A stretch of 64,000 nt of DNA from Candidatus Methylomirabilis limnetica (GTDB lineage: Bacteria; Methylomirabilota; Methylomirabilia; Methylomirabilales; Methylomirabilaceae): contig NZ_NVQC01000023.1 in the NCBI RefSeq assembly GCF_003044035.1, positions 77,301-141,300 of the forward strand, in the 5' to 3' direction. Positions 37,733-47,229 of the stretch are shown here, in pieces. The position numbers and the translations under genes were made by a program. How positions within the stretch are numbered: the stretch's first letter is position 1; every line of letters starts with the position of its first letter. Under the pieces are notes generated by a model. It was given only the letters and a program-made list of their open reading frames with translations, searched no databases and was not told where the DNA came from.

Positions 37733-39685
37733 GTGAGGCAATCTGTGCCTACAATCGAGGAAGAGAGCGGAACGACCGTCTTGCGGCGAACCGCCGAACA
37801 CCAGCCGCCTCGCTCGTGGCGAAGTTGGCTGATCGGGCGTCCACTCCGGACCGCCGATGCCCCTGATCAGGCCATCGGAAAGACGGTCGGCTTGGCCGTC
37901 TTCGCCTCCGACGCGCTGTCATCGACCGCATACGCGACCGATGAGATTCTGTTCGTCCTGGCCGCCGCTGGAACCGCCGCACTCGTCTACGCCCTTCCGA
38001 TCTCGCTGGCCATAGTGGCACTGCTGGCCATTGTCACGCTCTCGTATTTGCAGACGATACATGCCTATCCAGGAGGCGGCGGAGCCTACATTGTGGCTCG
38101 TGACAACCTGGGAGGATTCCCATCCAAGATCGCCGGCGCGTCGCTGCTTACCGACTATATCCTCACCGTGGCCGTTTCAGTCGCTTCGGGCGTGGCCCAA
38201 CTAACCTCAGCGTATCCGTCAATTTTTCCCTACCGAGTGCCGTTAGCCATCGGGATGGTGCTGGTCATGATGGTCGTCAACCTGCGCGGCGTCAAAGAAT
38301 CCGGCGCGATTCTCGCTATACCCAGCTATTTCTTCTTGGCTATGATGCTTCTGACCATAGGCAGCGGCCTCAGTCAGTACATGATGGGGAGCCTCCATAC
38401 CGTAGTGAACCCGCCGCAGGGAAGGGAACATGTCGCGCAATCGATCTCACTCTTCCTGATTCTCCATGCCTTTTCCAATGGCACTACAGCCCTGACCGGG
38501 GTGGAGGCTATCTCTAACGGGGTCCCTGCGTTTAAGGAGCCACGTAGCCGCAATGCAGGCATCACGCTGATCTGGATGTCTGCCATTCTGGGCACGCTGT
38601 TCCTGGGCGTTACCTTCCTGGCCGGCAAAATGGGCGCGACGCCTTCGGAGACAGAAACGGTGATCTCGCAACTGGCGCGTACGGCCCATGAGGGACGGGG
38701 CTACCTGTACATCTTCACCATCGCCGCCACAACCCTTATCCTGATCATGGCGGCCAATACGGCCTATGCCGGATTCCCGCGGTTGAGCGCCCTGCTGGCG
38801 GCGGATGGCTTTTTGCCCCGGCCGCTCACTTACCGGGGAAGCCGACTCGTCTACTCGCGAGGCATTGTGGCGCTGGCCCTCATCGCCTCACTCCTGATCT
38901 GGCTGTTTCAGGCCAGCGTCAACGCGCTGATCCCGCTCTATGCCATTGGCGTCTTCCTCTCCTTCACGCTTGCCCAGGCCGGCATGGCGCACCGCTGGTG
39001 GAAGGCCGGACATCTCTCGCCAGAGCAGGAAGCCCAAGAGCATGGCTCAATACTCCGTCACGACCCGCGCTGGGCACTAAAGATGGTGATCAACGGCTTT
39101 GGCGCGCTCTGTACGGCCGGGGTCATGCTGATCTTTACCGTCACAAAGTTTCGCGATGGGGCGTGGCTCGTGATCCTGTTGGTGCCGATTCTCGTGGCGA
39201 TATTCTCTGCCATCCATTCCCATTACCGGGACTTGGCCGCCCACCTTTCATTGGAACAGTATGGTGGGCCGCCTCGAATCTCGCGTCAGCGTGTGATCCT
39301 GGCGATTAGTGGTGTGCATCGCGGGACGCTGGCGGCGCTCCGCTATGCCCGAACATTGTCCGACGATATTACGGCCGTGCATATCTGCACCGACCCCGTC
39401 GAGGCCGAGACGCTGAATCGGAAATGGGAATCGTGGGGCGATGGAATCCGCCTGGTCGTACTTGATTCCCCTTACCGGTTGTTCCTGGAACCCTTATTGG
39501 GGTATATCGAGGAGATTGCCGCACGGCGCCAGCCGAACGAGATTATCACCATCGTCGTGCCGCAGTTTGTCCCCCGCCACTGGTGGCACAACCTCCTACA
39601 CAACCAGACCGCGATGCTGCTCAGACTAATGCTGTTGTTCAAGCCAGGGATCGTGATTATTGACGTACCCTATCAGATAGAGTAA
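37733..39685 (+). CDS. APC-superfamily permease with a C-terminal cytoplasmic extension
   Basis: 12-TM region with ASDALSSTAYATDEI start, plus about 180 aa of extra C-terminal domain. Confidence 0.7.
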   Translation: MRQSVPTIEEESGTTVLRRTAEHQPPRSWRSWLIGRPLRTADAPDQAIGKTVGLAVFASDALSSTAYATDEILFVLAAAGTAALVYALPISLAIVALLAIVTLSYLQTIHAYPGGGGAYIVARDNLGGFPSKIAGASLLTDYILTVAVSVASGVAQLTSAYPSIFPYRVPLAIGMVLVMMVVNLRGVKESGAILAIPSYFFLAMMLLTIGSGLSQYMMGSLHTVVNPPQGREHVAQSISLFLILHAFSNGTTALTGVEAISNGVPAFKEPRSRNAGITLIWMSAILGTLFLGVTFLAGKMGATPSETETVISQLARTAHEGRGYLYIFTIAATTLILIMAANTAYAGFPRLSALLAADGFLPRPLTYRGSRLVYSRGIVALALIASLLIWLFQASVNALIPLYAIGVFLSFTLAQAGMAHRWWKAGHLSPEQEAQEHGSILRHDPRWALKMVINGFGALCTAGVMLIFTVTKFRDGAWLVILLVPILVAIFSAIHSHYRDLAAHLSLEQYGGPPRISRQRVILAISGVHRGTLAALRYARTLSDDITAVHICTDPVEAETLNRKWESWGDGIRLVVLDSPYRLFLEPLLGYIEEIAARRQPNEIITIVVPQFVPRHWWHNLLHNQTAMLLRLMLLFKPGIVIIDVPYQIE

Positions 39686-39701
39686 AAGTAAGCGTTCAGC
39701 A

Positions 39702-39878
39702 GTAACTACTCAGCAGTAACTACTCAGGTGTTTAGGCTGAAGGCTGAAGACTGAAGGCTCTGCATTATCTCGCAAGGCACGAATCGAGCCATTCAAGATC
39801 TTTTCGGAGTTTTGTATGATCACGCATGACTTACTTCTAAAAGCCTTCAGCCTTCAGCCTATCTACCTGAGTAGTTAC
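39702..39878. repeat. MITE-like element, complete (subtype A), with 14-bp tandem duplication of the left tip
   Basis: agtaactactcagc agtaactactcaggtgtttaggctgaaggctgaagactgaaggc...ccttcagccttcagcctatctacctgagtagttac. Confidence 0.75.
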
Positions 39879-40040
39879 GTTCAGCAGTCAGCCGTCAGCT
39901 TTCAGCAACAACAAGGAAAGAACGAAAATGGCCGACCATTTCCAAATCAAAAGCTTGGACCTCTGTGGTTAGTTTGCCTCATCTTGCTGACGGCTGAGCG
40001 CTGACCGCTGAATGCTATTTTCTGAGGAGCAGAACACGCT

Positions 40041-40700
40041 ATGCATATCATTATCGTGGGGTGTGGGCGGGTAGGCACAGAGCTGGCTTATCGGCTATTC
40101 CAGAAGGGACATCAGGTGGCGGTAATCGACCAGGTAGCTGCCTCCCTGAGTAACCTGTCCGCAGAGTTCCGTGGACACACAGTGCAAGGTGAAGCGCTGG
40201 CCGCAGATGTGCTGCGCCGAGCGGGCATTGAGCAAGCCGATGGTCTCGCCGCCGTCACCAACTCCGACTCGCTTAACGCGGTGGTAGCGCACGTGGCGCG
40301 GACCGTCTATCACGTACCCCAGGTCGTCGTCCGCAACTATCATCCGCGCTGGCGAGCTTTACATGAGGCCTTTGGCTTCCAAGTGGTCAGCTCGACCAGT
40401 TGGGGCGCACAACGCATCGAAGAACTGCTATACCCCTCGTTCGCTCGATGCGTATTCTCGGCAGGCAATGGCGAAGTTGAGATCTACGAACTGGTCGTGC
40501 CTGAGGCTTGGTACGGTCGGTCCCTCCAGGATCTCCTTCCCGCAGGCGAGTGTCTGGCCGTGGCGTTGTCCCGCGCAGGCAAGGCCATGCTCCCCTCTTC
40601 TGAGGACCGTCTCGAGGCGGGCGATATTGTACACCTGAGCGCCACCATGGCAGGGATCGACACGTTGCGTAAGCGGCTGCAGACGCCGCAAGGGGGGTAG
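40041..40700 (+). CDS. trkA: TrkA/KtrA-type K+ transport regulatory subunit (RCK N- and C-domains)
   Basis: MHIIIVGCGRVGTELA Rossmann GxGxxG. Confidence 0.8.
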   Translation: MHIIIVGCGRVGTELAYRLFQKGHQVAVIDQVAASLSNLSAEFRGHTVQGEALAADVLRRAGIEQADGLAAVTNSDSLNAVVAHVARTVYHVPQVVVRNYHPRWRALHEAFGFQVVSSTSWGAQRIEELLYPSFARCVFSAGNGEVEIYELVVPEAWYGRSLQDLLPAGECLAVALSRAGKAMLPSSEDRLEAGDIVHLSATMAGIDTLRKRLQTPQGG

Positions 40701-40701
40701 C

Positions 40702-41385
40702 ATGTTTGTGCTGATCGCCGGCGGAGGCCGAACTGCTTCACACCTGGCCACCCTCTTGCTGGCTCGCCAGCACGAGGTCCGACTTATCGAGCACCGACGG
40801 GACGTCCTCTCACGTCTTCACCACGAGTTGCCCACCGAGGTGATCTACGAAGGCAACCCCACCGATCCACAAGTATTGGAACGGGCCGATATCCGTCGGG
40901 CGAAGGTGTTAGCTGCGTGCACCTCTTCCGATGAAGATAATCTCTCGCTCTGCTTCTTTGCCCGCACCCTCTATCGGGTGCCCCGTACTATCGGCTGGAT
41001 CAACAATCCCCGCACCGCTTGGCTCTTCGACGAGAAGTTCCACGTAGACGTGGCCCTCAACCAGGCGCAGATCTTTAGCAGTCTGATCGAAGAAGAGATG
41101 TCGCTCGGCGATATGATGACACTGCTCAAATTGCGGAGGGGCCGCTATTCCCTGGTAGAGGAGAAGATCCCCCCGGGCGCCCGCGCTCTGGGTATCGCTA
41201 TCAAGGACCTGCGCTTGCCGCCGGATTCGGTGATCGCCACCATCATCCGGGACGGGCAGCTCCTCATTCCGCGCGGGGATACCCGATTTGAAGTTGGGGA
41301 TGAGGTGCTCGCGATTGCAGATCATGAAGGCACCGAAGAGCTCGCCGGCCTGTTCGGCCGACCGGATGCGCAACAGAAGACGTAA
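40702..41385 (+). CDS. trkA: second TrkA/KtrA-type RCK protein
   Basis: MFVLIAGGGRTASHLA Rossmann. Tandem with the first copy, 1-nt spacing. Confidence 0.8.
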   Translation: MFVLIAGGGRTASHLATLLLARQHEVRLIEHRRDVLSRLHHELPTEVIYEGNPTDPQVLERADIRRAKVLAACTSSDEDNLSLCFFARTLYRVPRTIGWINNPRTAWLFDEKFHVDVALNQAQIFSSLIEEEMSLGDMMTLLKLRRGRYSLVEEKIPPGARALGIAIKDLRLPPDSVIATIIRDGQLLIPRGDTRFEVGDEVLAIADHEGTEELAGLFGRPDAQQKT

Positions 41386-41435
41386 CTACTTAGGCGTTTA
41401 GACTGAAGGCTGAAGACTGAAGGTTATACATTCAA
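41383..41435. repeat. MITE left TIR only (opens a 1.1-kb low-GC insert)
   Basis: gtaactacttaggcgtttagactgaaggctgaagactgaaggtt, then unrelated low-GC sequence. Confidence 0.65.
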
Positions 41436-41691
41436 ACGATAGTTGCTCTGAAGTATCAGCCTCAACATACGGCCCTTCGTTTTTCGACTTAAAGGCCATC
41501 GTTTCATAGTAACGCCCACCTGCGCCAATAGTGTCTAGTGCCTCCTTACTGCGGAACGCACCAACCGTCGAGACAACAATCCCTTCCTTTCCGTTTTCCA
41601 GTAGAGTGTTGCGCCTAAACATGCAGCGAGACGCACAAATAAAGTGTCCTGCCCACCCTCTTTCAGTTCTCTTTACCATTGTGTCCTCCAA
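41398..41691 (-). CDS. hypothetical protein (low-GC cassette ORF)
   Basis: 97-aa ORF in a 48%-GC segment. No motif recognised. Confidence 0.3.
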   Translation of the reverse strand: MEDTMVKRTERGWAGHFICASRCMFRRNTLLENGKEGIVVSTVGAFRSKEALDTIGAGGRYYETMAFKSKNEGPYVEADTSEQLSFECITFSLQPSV

Positions 41692-41746
41692 TCGCGCCCT
41701 CGTGTACAGGCGTCTCCATCACCTCACCCCCGCTCTCAGTAGCCCC

Positions 41747-42094
41747 TTACTCCCTCCCCCAACACTCCCCCAATTCTCCTCCCACACCACCCCCCTCCAA
41801 CACCCAGCTAAGCTCTATCACCGCCTGCTCCGCCCGTATACAATTCTCACCAGCAGCTCTGCCCTCGCGTAGCTCGTGATCAAATCTTTCTCGATACCAG
41901 GCGAGTCGTGCGCGTATCTCCTGCTCAGTTCTCAGAGCCAAAAGCCGTTTGAAAGTGTAGATGAGAAGTGATATGAAAAATATGAGTAACCAATACTCGT
42001 CTACCCAGCGTCCCAACCACGTGTCAAAAACGTATTCCCTTAAGAAGAACTCAATAGCTTGAGTGCCAGCGTAAATAGCCTCAATGATGGTCAT
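41747..42094 (-). CDS. hypothetical small membrane protein (low-GC cassette ORF)
   Basis: 115 aa with one hydrophobic helix (YWLLIFFISLLIYTF). Confidence 0.3.
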   Translation of the reverse strand: MTIIEAIYAGTQAIEFFLREYVFDTWLGRWVDEYWLLIFFISLLIYTFKRLLALRTEQEIRARLAWYRERFDHELREGRAAGENCIRAEQAVIELSWVLEGGGVGGELGECWGRE

Positions 42095-42261
42095 GGCGTC
42101 ACCTCACCCCCGCTTTCACTAACCATCGCCCACGCTTAACCTGCGTCACCCCTCGTGCCTGCCGCGCCTGTAGCTGCTTGAGTGATAGCGCCATAGCATG
42201 AGCCTCACATAAGCTCGCAAGACGCGAATCAAGTCAATGAACTACCCCGCAGCAAGCTGCT

Positions 42262-42385
42262 TCGGTATCGTCTTCTGTTCTGGCCCGTCATTCCGTGCTT
42301 GACACGGAATCCAGCCGGGCCCTCTGGATACCGGCTTCCACCGGTATGACGAACTCGCGGCAAGCCGCGGGGAATGAACCCCAGT
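42262..42385. repeat. REP-2 structured repeat fused to a MITE remnant
   Basis: cttctgttctggcccgtcattccgtgcttgacacggaatccagccgggccctctggataccggcttccaccggtatgacgaactcgcggcaagccgcgggg. Confidence 0.65.
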
Positions 42386-42477
42386 AGATTCAAGACCTTC
42401 TCGGTAACTCTTCTTTCGGAAACCCTGTGATTACCCCTAACAGCCTTCAGCCTTCAGCCTATCTACCTTGTAGTTAA
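42386..42477. repeat. MITE internal remnant plus right TIR (closes the low-GC insert)
   Basis: ...ccctgtgattacccctaacagccttcagccttcagcctatctaccttgtagttaac. Confidence 0.65.
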
Positions 42478-43250
42478 CAGCCCAGTCGATCGAGGAAGGC
42501 TTCAATGCCTCGGTTCACCTCGTCCGGCTGCTCCATCATGACCATGTGGCTGGCAGCGGGAACGAGTTGAAGCTGCGATCCGTTGATCTGGCTATGCAGA
42601 TACTCGGCGTATTTGGGTGGCGTCACCAGGTCGTCGGTCCCGCAGATCACAAGCGCTGGAATGGAGACCGCCTTCACCTGCTCCATGAGATCAAAGGCAT
42701 CGCACGCCAGAAGGTCTCCCTCGATCACTGGGATCGAGATGCGCAGCATAGCGTCGGCATCCTGCTTCAGCACCTCCGCCGGGGTGCCTGGCGCGTGCAC
42801 CAATTTGATTATCAGATCGACCGCTCGCCCTGCGTCGTCTCGAAGTCCCGCGAGGATCTGCGGCTGCACCCGCAGCCTTACTCCGCTCCCTACCAGCACA
42901 ATCGCCGCAAGCAGCTCAGGGTAGGCCAAGGCAATACTCTGGGTAATCGCCCCGCCCATCGAGTGGCCCACCATGACGATTCGATCAAGACCCAAGGCCG
43001 CGATACACCCCTTGACGATGTCGCGGTAGGCCTCGATCCGATCGGCTCCGCTCCCGTTCGAATCGCCATGCCCAGGGAGGTCCACGGCGATGGCCTTCCG
43101 CCGCCGTCCCAACGACTTGAGCTGCTGGAGCCACACCTGATGGCTCCCACCCGCCCCGTGGATGAAGACGATCGGTGACAGATGGCTCGCCAGACTTGGA
43201 CCTTGTTCAACGAAGTGGATACGAGTGCGCCCAACCTGTACGTACGGCAC
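42474..43250 (-). CDS. alpha/beta-hydrolase
   Basis: GHSMGG nucleophile elbow. 258 aa. Confidence 0.7.
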   Translation of the reverse strand: MPYVQVGRTRIHFVEQGPSLASHLSPIVFIHGAGGSHQVWLQQLKSLGRRRKAIAVDLPGHGDSNGSGADRIEAYRDIVKGCIAALGLDRIVMVGHSMGGAITQSIALAYPELLAAIVLVGSGVRLRVQPQILAGLRDDAGRAVDLIIKLVHAPGTPAEVLKQDADAMLRISIPVIEGDLLACDAFDLMEQVKAVSIPALVICGTDDLVTPPKYAEYLHSQINGSQLQLVPAASHMVMMEQPDEVNRGIEAFLDRLGC

Positions 43251-43259
43251 GTCCCGCCT

Positions 43260-44258
43260 CTACGTCTCTTCAGATTTCAACGCCCTGCTCAGGAGACTCA
43301 CCACCGCCTCCCGGGGCGATCGATGCTCGAAGAATACGGCATAGCTTTCCCGGCAGATTGGCATGTCTACGGAGAAGCGCTGCGCAAGCTCGACCGCAGC
43401 CTTCGAGGCATTGACCCCTTCCTTCACAGTCGGGCTACGCTGTAGCAGCTCGGAGAGCGCCGCACCCTTGCCCAGCGCCAGCCCAAGTTGCCGGTTTCGC
43501 GAGAGGTCCCCGGTACATGTCAGCACGAGGTCCCCAAGCCCAGCCAGCCCGGCGAATGTCTCGGCGCGCGCGCCCATCGCGACGCCCAGCCGGGTCATTT
43601 CGCGTAACCCCCTTGTGATGAGAGCAGCCACCGCATTGTGCCCCAGTCCAAGACCGTCCACTATCCCAGCGGCGATGGCAATCACGTTCTTGATCGCCCC
43701 CCCCAACTCCACGCCCAACGGATCGCTCCCGGCATACACGCGAAAGGTTGGGGTGCTCAGCAAGTCCTGAACCCGTAAAGCCGCTTCCGCCTCCTCAGAC
43801 GCCGCGACCGCCGCCGTTGGCAGTCCTCCGCTCACCTCCTTCGCGAAGGTGGGACCTGAGAGCACGGCCACCGTCCTCAAGTGGGGAGCGACGTCATGCA
43901 TGACCTGAGATATGGTCATGCAACTAATTGGTTCTAGCCCCTTTGTTGCGCTTACCAAAACCGTAGATGGATCAACGAACGGAAGTAGGTTTGTAAACAC
44001 CGAACGGAACACATGAGAAGGAGTGACCAGCAGAAGGGCCGAGCAGCCTCGGGCGACCTCAGTGAGTGAAGCCGTGATCTCAAGCGCCGCTGGCAGTTTA
44101 ACCCCCGGCAGATAGAGGCTGTTCTCGCGCTCCCTCGCCATTGTCACGGCGAGATCACGCTCATGGACCCAGAGGCTGACCGAGTGCCCTTTCTCGGCTA
44201 ACAGCTTGGCGAGCGTGGTCCCCCAGGCTCCGGCTCCGACGACGCCGATCCGCTCCAT
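43260..44258 (-). CDS. gpsA: NAD(P)H-dependent glycerol-3-phosphate dehydrogenase
   Basis: MERIGVVGAGAWGTTLA Rossmann N-terminus (start moved to the internal ATG). Lies downstream of lgt. Confidence 0.85.
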   Translation of the reverse strand: MERIGVVGAGAWGTTLAKLLAEKGHSVSLWVHERDLAVTMARERENSLYLPGVKLPAALEITASLTEVARGCSALLLVTPSHVFRSVFTNLLPFVDPSTVLVSATKGLEPISCMTISQVMHDVAPHLRTVAVLSGPTFAKEVSGGLPTAAVAASEEAEAALRVQDLLSTPTFRVYAGSDPLGVELGGAIKNVIAIAAGIVDGLGLGHNAVAALITRGLREMTRLGVAMGARAETFAGLAGLGDLVLTCTGDLSRNRQLGLALGKGAALSELLQRSPTVKEGVNASKAAVELAQRFSVDMPICRESYAVFFEHRSPREAVVSLLSRALKSEET

Positions 44259-44277
44259 CACCCTGCTCCTATCCGCG

Positions 44278-45060
44278 CTAAAACCGCTTGGAAGCAACAC
44301 GCAACCAGGCAAGTCCGGTAAGAGAGAGGGCGATCAAGCCGAGGCTCATAACCTGCGCCGCGCGTAAGGGCCCCAGCATCAGACTGTCGATGCGGAGCCC
44401 TTCGACGAAGAATCGGCCGATAGAGTACAACCCCACGTAACAGAGCAGCAGCGCGCCAGGGGTCCGCTCTAGCCGCCGGCAAAGCACGAGGTAGAGAATC
44501 GCGAAGACCAGGAGGTTCCACAACGATTCGTACAGGAACGTCGGATGGAAATACTCGAAGGCGGCCAGATCGGGCGGCCGGTGGTACGGCTCGATGTAAA
44601 GCTTCCACGGCAGATCGGTCGGGATCCCAAAGGCCTCCTGATTGAAAAAGTTTCCCCACCGACCAATCGCCTGCCCGAGCGGAAGCGAAGTGGCCATGAT
44701 ATCCATGTAGGTCAGCGCGGGCAGCTTCTTCCGGACGGTATAGATGGCCGTAGCCAGTGCCCCAGCCAGGAGACCGCCGTGTATGGCGAGCCCCCCCTCC
44801 CACACCGCCAGGATCTTCAGCGGCCTCGTGCCGTAATAACCCCAATTGAACAGAACGTAGTATAGCCGCGCGCCTAGTAAGCCCCACATCACGCCGCACA
44901 CGATAACGTTGAGGAGCTGATCAGGATCCTCCCCCCGGCGGATCGCCTCGCGGTTCGCAAGTGTGGTCCCCAGCAGGACAGCGGTGGCGAAGAGCAGGCC
45001 ATACCAACGAATGGAAAGCGGGCCGATCTGCATGACAAATGGACCAGGCGATGCGAACAT
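44278..45060 (-). CDS. lgt: prolipoprotein diacylglyceryl transferase
   Basis: Multi-TM. IRWYGLLFATAV N-terminus and the Lgt signature region GARLYYVLFNW. Confidence 0.85.
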   Translation of the reverse strand: MFASPGPFVMQIGPLSIRWYGLLFATAVLLGTTLANREAIRRGEDPDQLLNVIVCGVMWGLLGARLYYVLFNWGYYGTRPLKILAVWEGGLAIHGGLLAGALATAIYTVRKKLPALTYMDIMATSLPLGQAIGRWGNFFNQEAFGIPTDLPWKLYIEPYHRPPDLAAFEYFHPTFLYESLWNLLVFAILYLVLCRRLERTPGALLLCYVGLYSIGRFFVEGLRIDSLMLGPLRAAQVMSLGLIALSLTGLAWLRVASKRF

Positions 45061-45303
45061 TCAGACCTCAGTAGGGGTTGGCGTCAGATTTCTCAGCGGG
45101 TTACGTTCGGGCTCACTCTAGCCAAAAATCGAGTGAAGTCAAGGTAAATTTCGGCACGCGGAGCGCTTCCTCCGCCGCTTGTTCTTCCGGGCCACCCACA
45201 GCCGCTTGGCGCCGATGCGGGAGGCCGCCTACACCATCAAGACGCATTGGACAGGAGTGCTCCGCGCTTTACCGAATCTTCTCCCCCGGGAGACTCGATC
45301 ATT

Positions 45304-47160
45304 CTACACATACGCATTGGCGGCATACTGTTGGACCATCCGGTGCGTGTTGAAAAACGACGCATTAAACGCGATCGTTTGCCGCATGATATCGAGCCAT
45401 CTGTCCCGGTCCCGGTAAAACATCGGGACGATCACCGTTCGCAGCTTGTGATACAGCTCCTGAGCATCTCGGCCGTTCACCGAATCCGAATCAGAGTGAT
45501 TCGTGAGACCAGGCCCGATAGACCATCCCGTCACACCCTCGATATGACCCTCAATCCACCAGCCATCGAGAACGCTGAAGCTTGGGACCCCGTTGTGAGC
45601 AGCTTTCATGCCCGAGGTGCCGGAGGCCTCCAGCGGACGCAAGGGGGTGTTCAACCAGAGGTCTACACCGGAGGTAAGCAGCCTGCCAAGCTCCATGTCG
45701 TAATTCTCAAGATAGGCGATTGAGATCTGATCCTTCAGTTGCCGTGCAAAATGAAACACTCGCCGAATCAGGTCCTTCCCAGGCTCATCCTTCGGATGCG
45801 ATTTCCCCGCAAAGACGAGTTGGATCGGGCCGACGGTGCCGGCGATCTCCATTAATTTACCGGGATCGGAAAATACCAGATCGGTCCGCTTGTATAGCGT
45901 CGCGCGTCGGGCAAACCCGATGGTGAGCACGTCAGGCTTCAAAGCCATCCCGGTCCGCCGATGCACCTCCTCGATCAACCGCCCCTTGGCCTCAACGTGG
46001 GCCTCCCATATCTCGCTCTTCGGGATGCTGATGGCGTACCGGAGCGAGAAAGAATCATTGACCCATCCGGCGATGTGACGATCGTAGAGCTTCTTAAAGC
46101 TATCGCAGGTCCAGGTGAATGAATGAACTCCATTGGTGATGGAATCGATAGAATAGCCTGGAAACATCTCTTGTGAGACTTCTCCGTGCTTCTTCGCTAC
46201 TCCGTTTACGTACTGGCTCAGGTTCAGCGCGAGAAGCGTCATGTTCAGGCGTTCCCCGCCCCCCAGCATCCGCATGAGCTCCAGCGGCACAGGTTCCCCG
46301 AGAACGCTCTTCACCAGGTCATACGAGAACTGATCGTGACCGGCCGGGACGGGTGTGTGCGTTGTGAAGACACAGCGGCTTCTGACACTATCGAAATCCC
46401 ACGCGTGAGGAGCACTCTCCCGCTGCTCTCGCAACAGCTCCAGAGTCAGGAGACTGGCATGGCCTTCGTTCAGGTGAAATCTTTGTAGTTGCGTGTACCC
46501 GAGCGCTCGGAGCATCCGGACGCCTCCCATGCCCAGGATGATCTCCTGAGCCAGGCGGTATCGTTCGTCCCCACCGTAGAGAGAAGCGGTCAACTCCCGG
46601 TCAGGGGGCGTATTCTCATCGACGTTTGTGTCCAGAAGGATCAAGGGAACCGAATATCCAGTATAGCCTGTAATGTCATACTGCCAGGCCCTGACGACCA
46701 CGGACCGGTTTTCAATCGGCACTTGAACGGTGACCGGAAGCAGGCGCACATAGCGGGAAGGCTCCCATCCAACCGGGAGTTCTTGCTGGTTCCCCCATTC
46801 GTCCAGTTTTTGATCGAAGTACCCCTTGGCATACAGGAGGCTTACAGCCACAGTCGGAATCGTGATATCGGCGCAGGACCTCAGGGTGTCCCCCGCCAGC
46901 ACTCCTAAGCCGCCGCTGTACGTCGGCATACGGGGATCCACGGCCACCTCCATCGAAAAGTAGGCAATCCGTCGAGTGGTGTCGGCATCGCCCGGGGTGC
47001 TAGCTGGAGTTGCTGCGGCATACTTTTCGGGATCGGCCAGGAAGGTCCGCTTGCAGAGATCAGAGCAGAAGGCGTACGCCTTACTCTGGTGGAAGACTAT
47101 GAAGCCCTCCTCGGCACGGGCCACCATCCCACACACCGGGTCTTTGTCGACATTCGCCAC
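45304..47160 (-). CDS. alpha-glucan (glycogen/maltodextrin) phosphorylase, GT35, with an N-terminal YHS/TRASH-like metal-binding domain
   Basis: N-terminus DPVCGMV...AFCSDLCKRTFLADPEKY (YHS) fused to YFSMEV...GGLGVLAGD...NEGHA of the alpha-glucan phosphorylase family. Confidence 0.75.
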   Translation of the reverse strand: MANVDKDPVCGMVARAEEGFIVFHQSKAYAFCSDLCKRTFLADPEKYAAATPASTPGDADTTRRIAYFSMEVAVDPRMPTYSGGLGVLAGDTLRSCADITIPTVAVSLLYAKGYFDQKLDEWGNQQELPVGWEPSRYVRLLPVTVQVPIENRSVVVRAWQYDITGYTGYSVPLILLDTNVDENTPPDRELTASLYGGDERYRLAQEIILGMGGVRMLRALGYTQLQRFHLNEGHASLLTLELLREQRESAPHAWDFDSVRSRCVFTTHTPVPAGHDQFSYDLVKSVLGEPVPLELMRMLGGGERLNMTLLALNLSQYVNGVAKKHGEVSQEMFPGYSIDSITNGVHSFTWTCDSFKKLYDRHIAGWVNDSFSLRYAISIPKSEIWEAHVEAKGRLIEEVHRRTGMALKPDVLTIGFARRATLYKRTDLVFSDPGKLMEIAGTVGPIQLVFAGKSHPKDEPGKDLIRRVFHFARQLKDQISIAYLENYDMELGRLLTSGVDLWLNTPLRPLEASGTSGMKAAHNGVPSFSVLDGWWIEGHIEGVTGWSIGPGLTNHSDSDSVNGRDAQELYHKLRTVIVPMFYRDRDRWLDIMRQTIAFNASFFNTHRMVQQYAANAYV

Positions 47161-47229
47161 AGGATCACCCCCTTTTGGGCTGGTCTGGATCGCTTGAAAG
47201 AACCGATTCGTCGCCGAAGCTGCGCCCGG

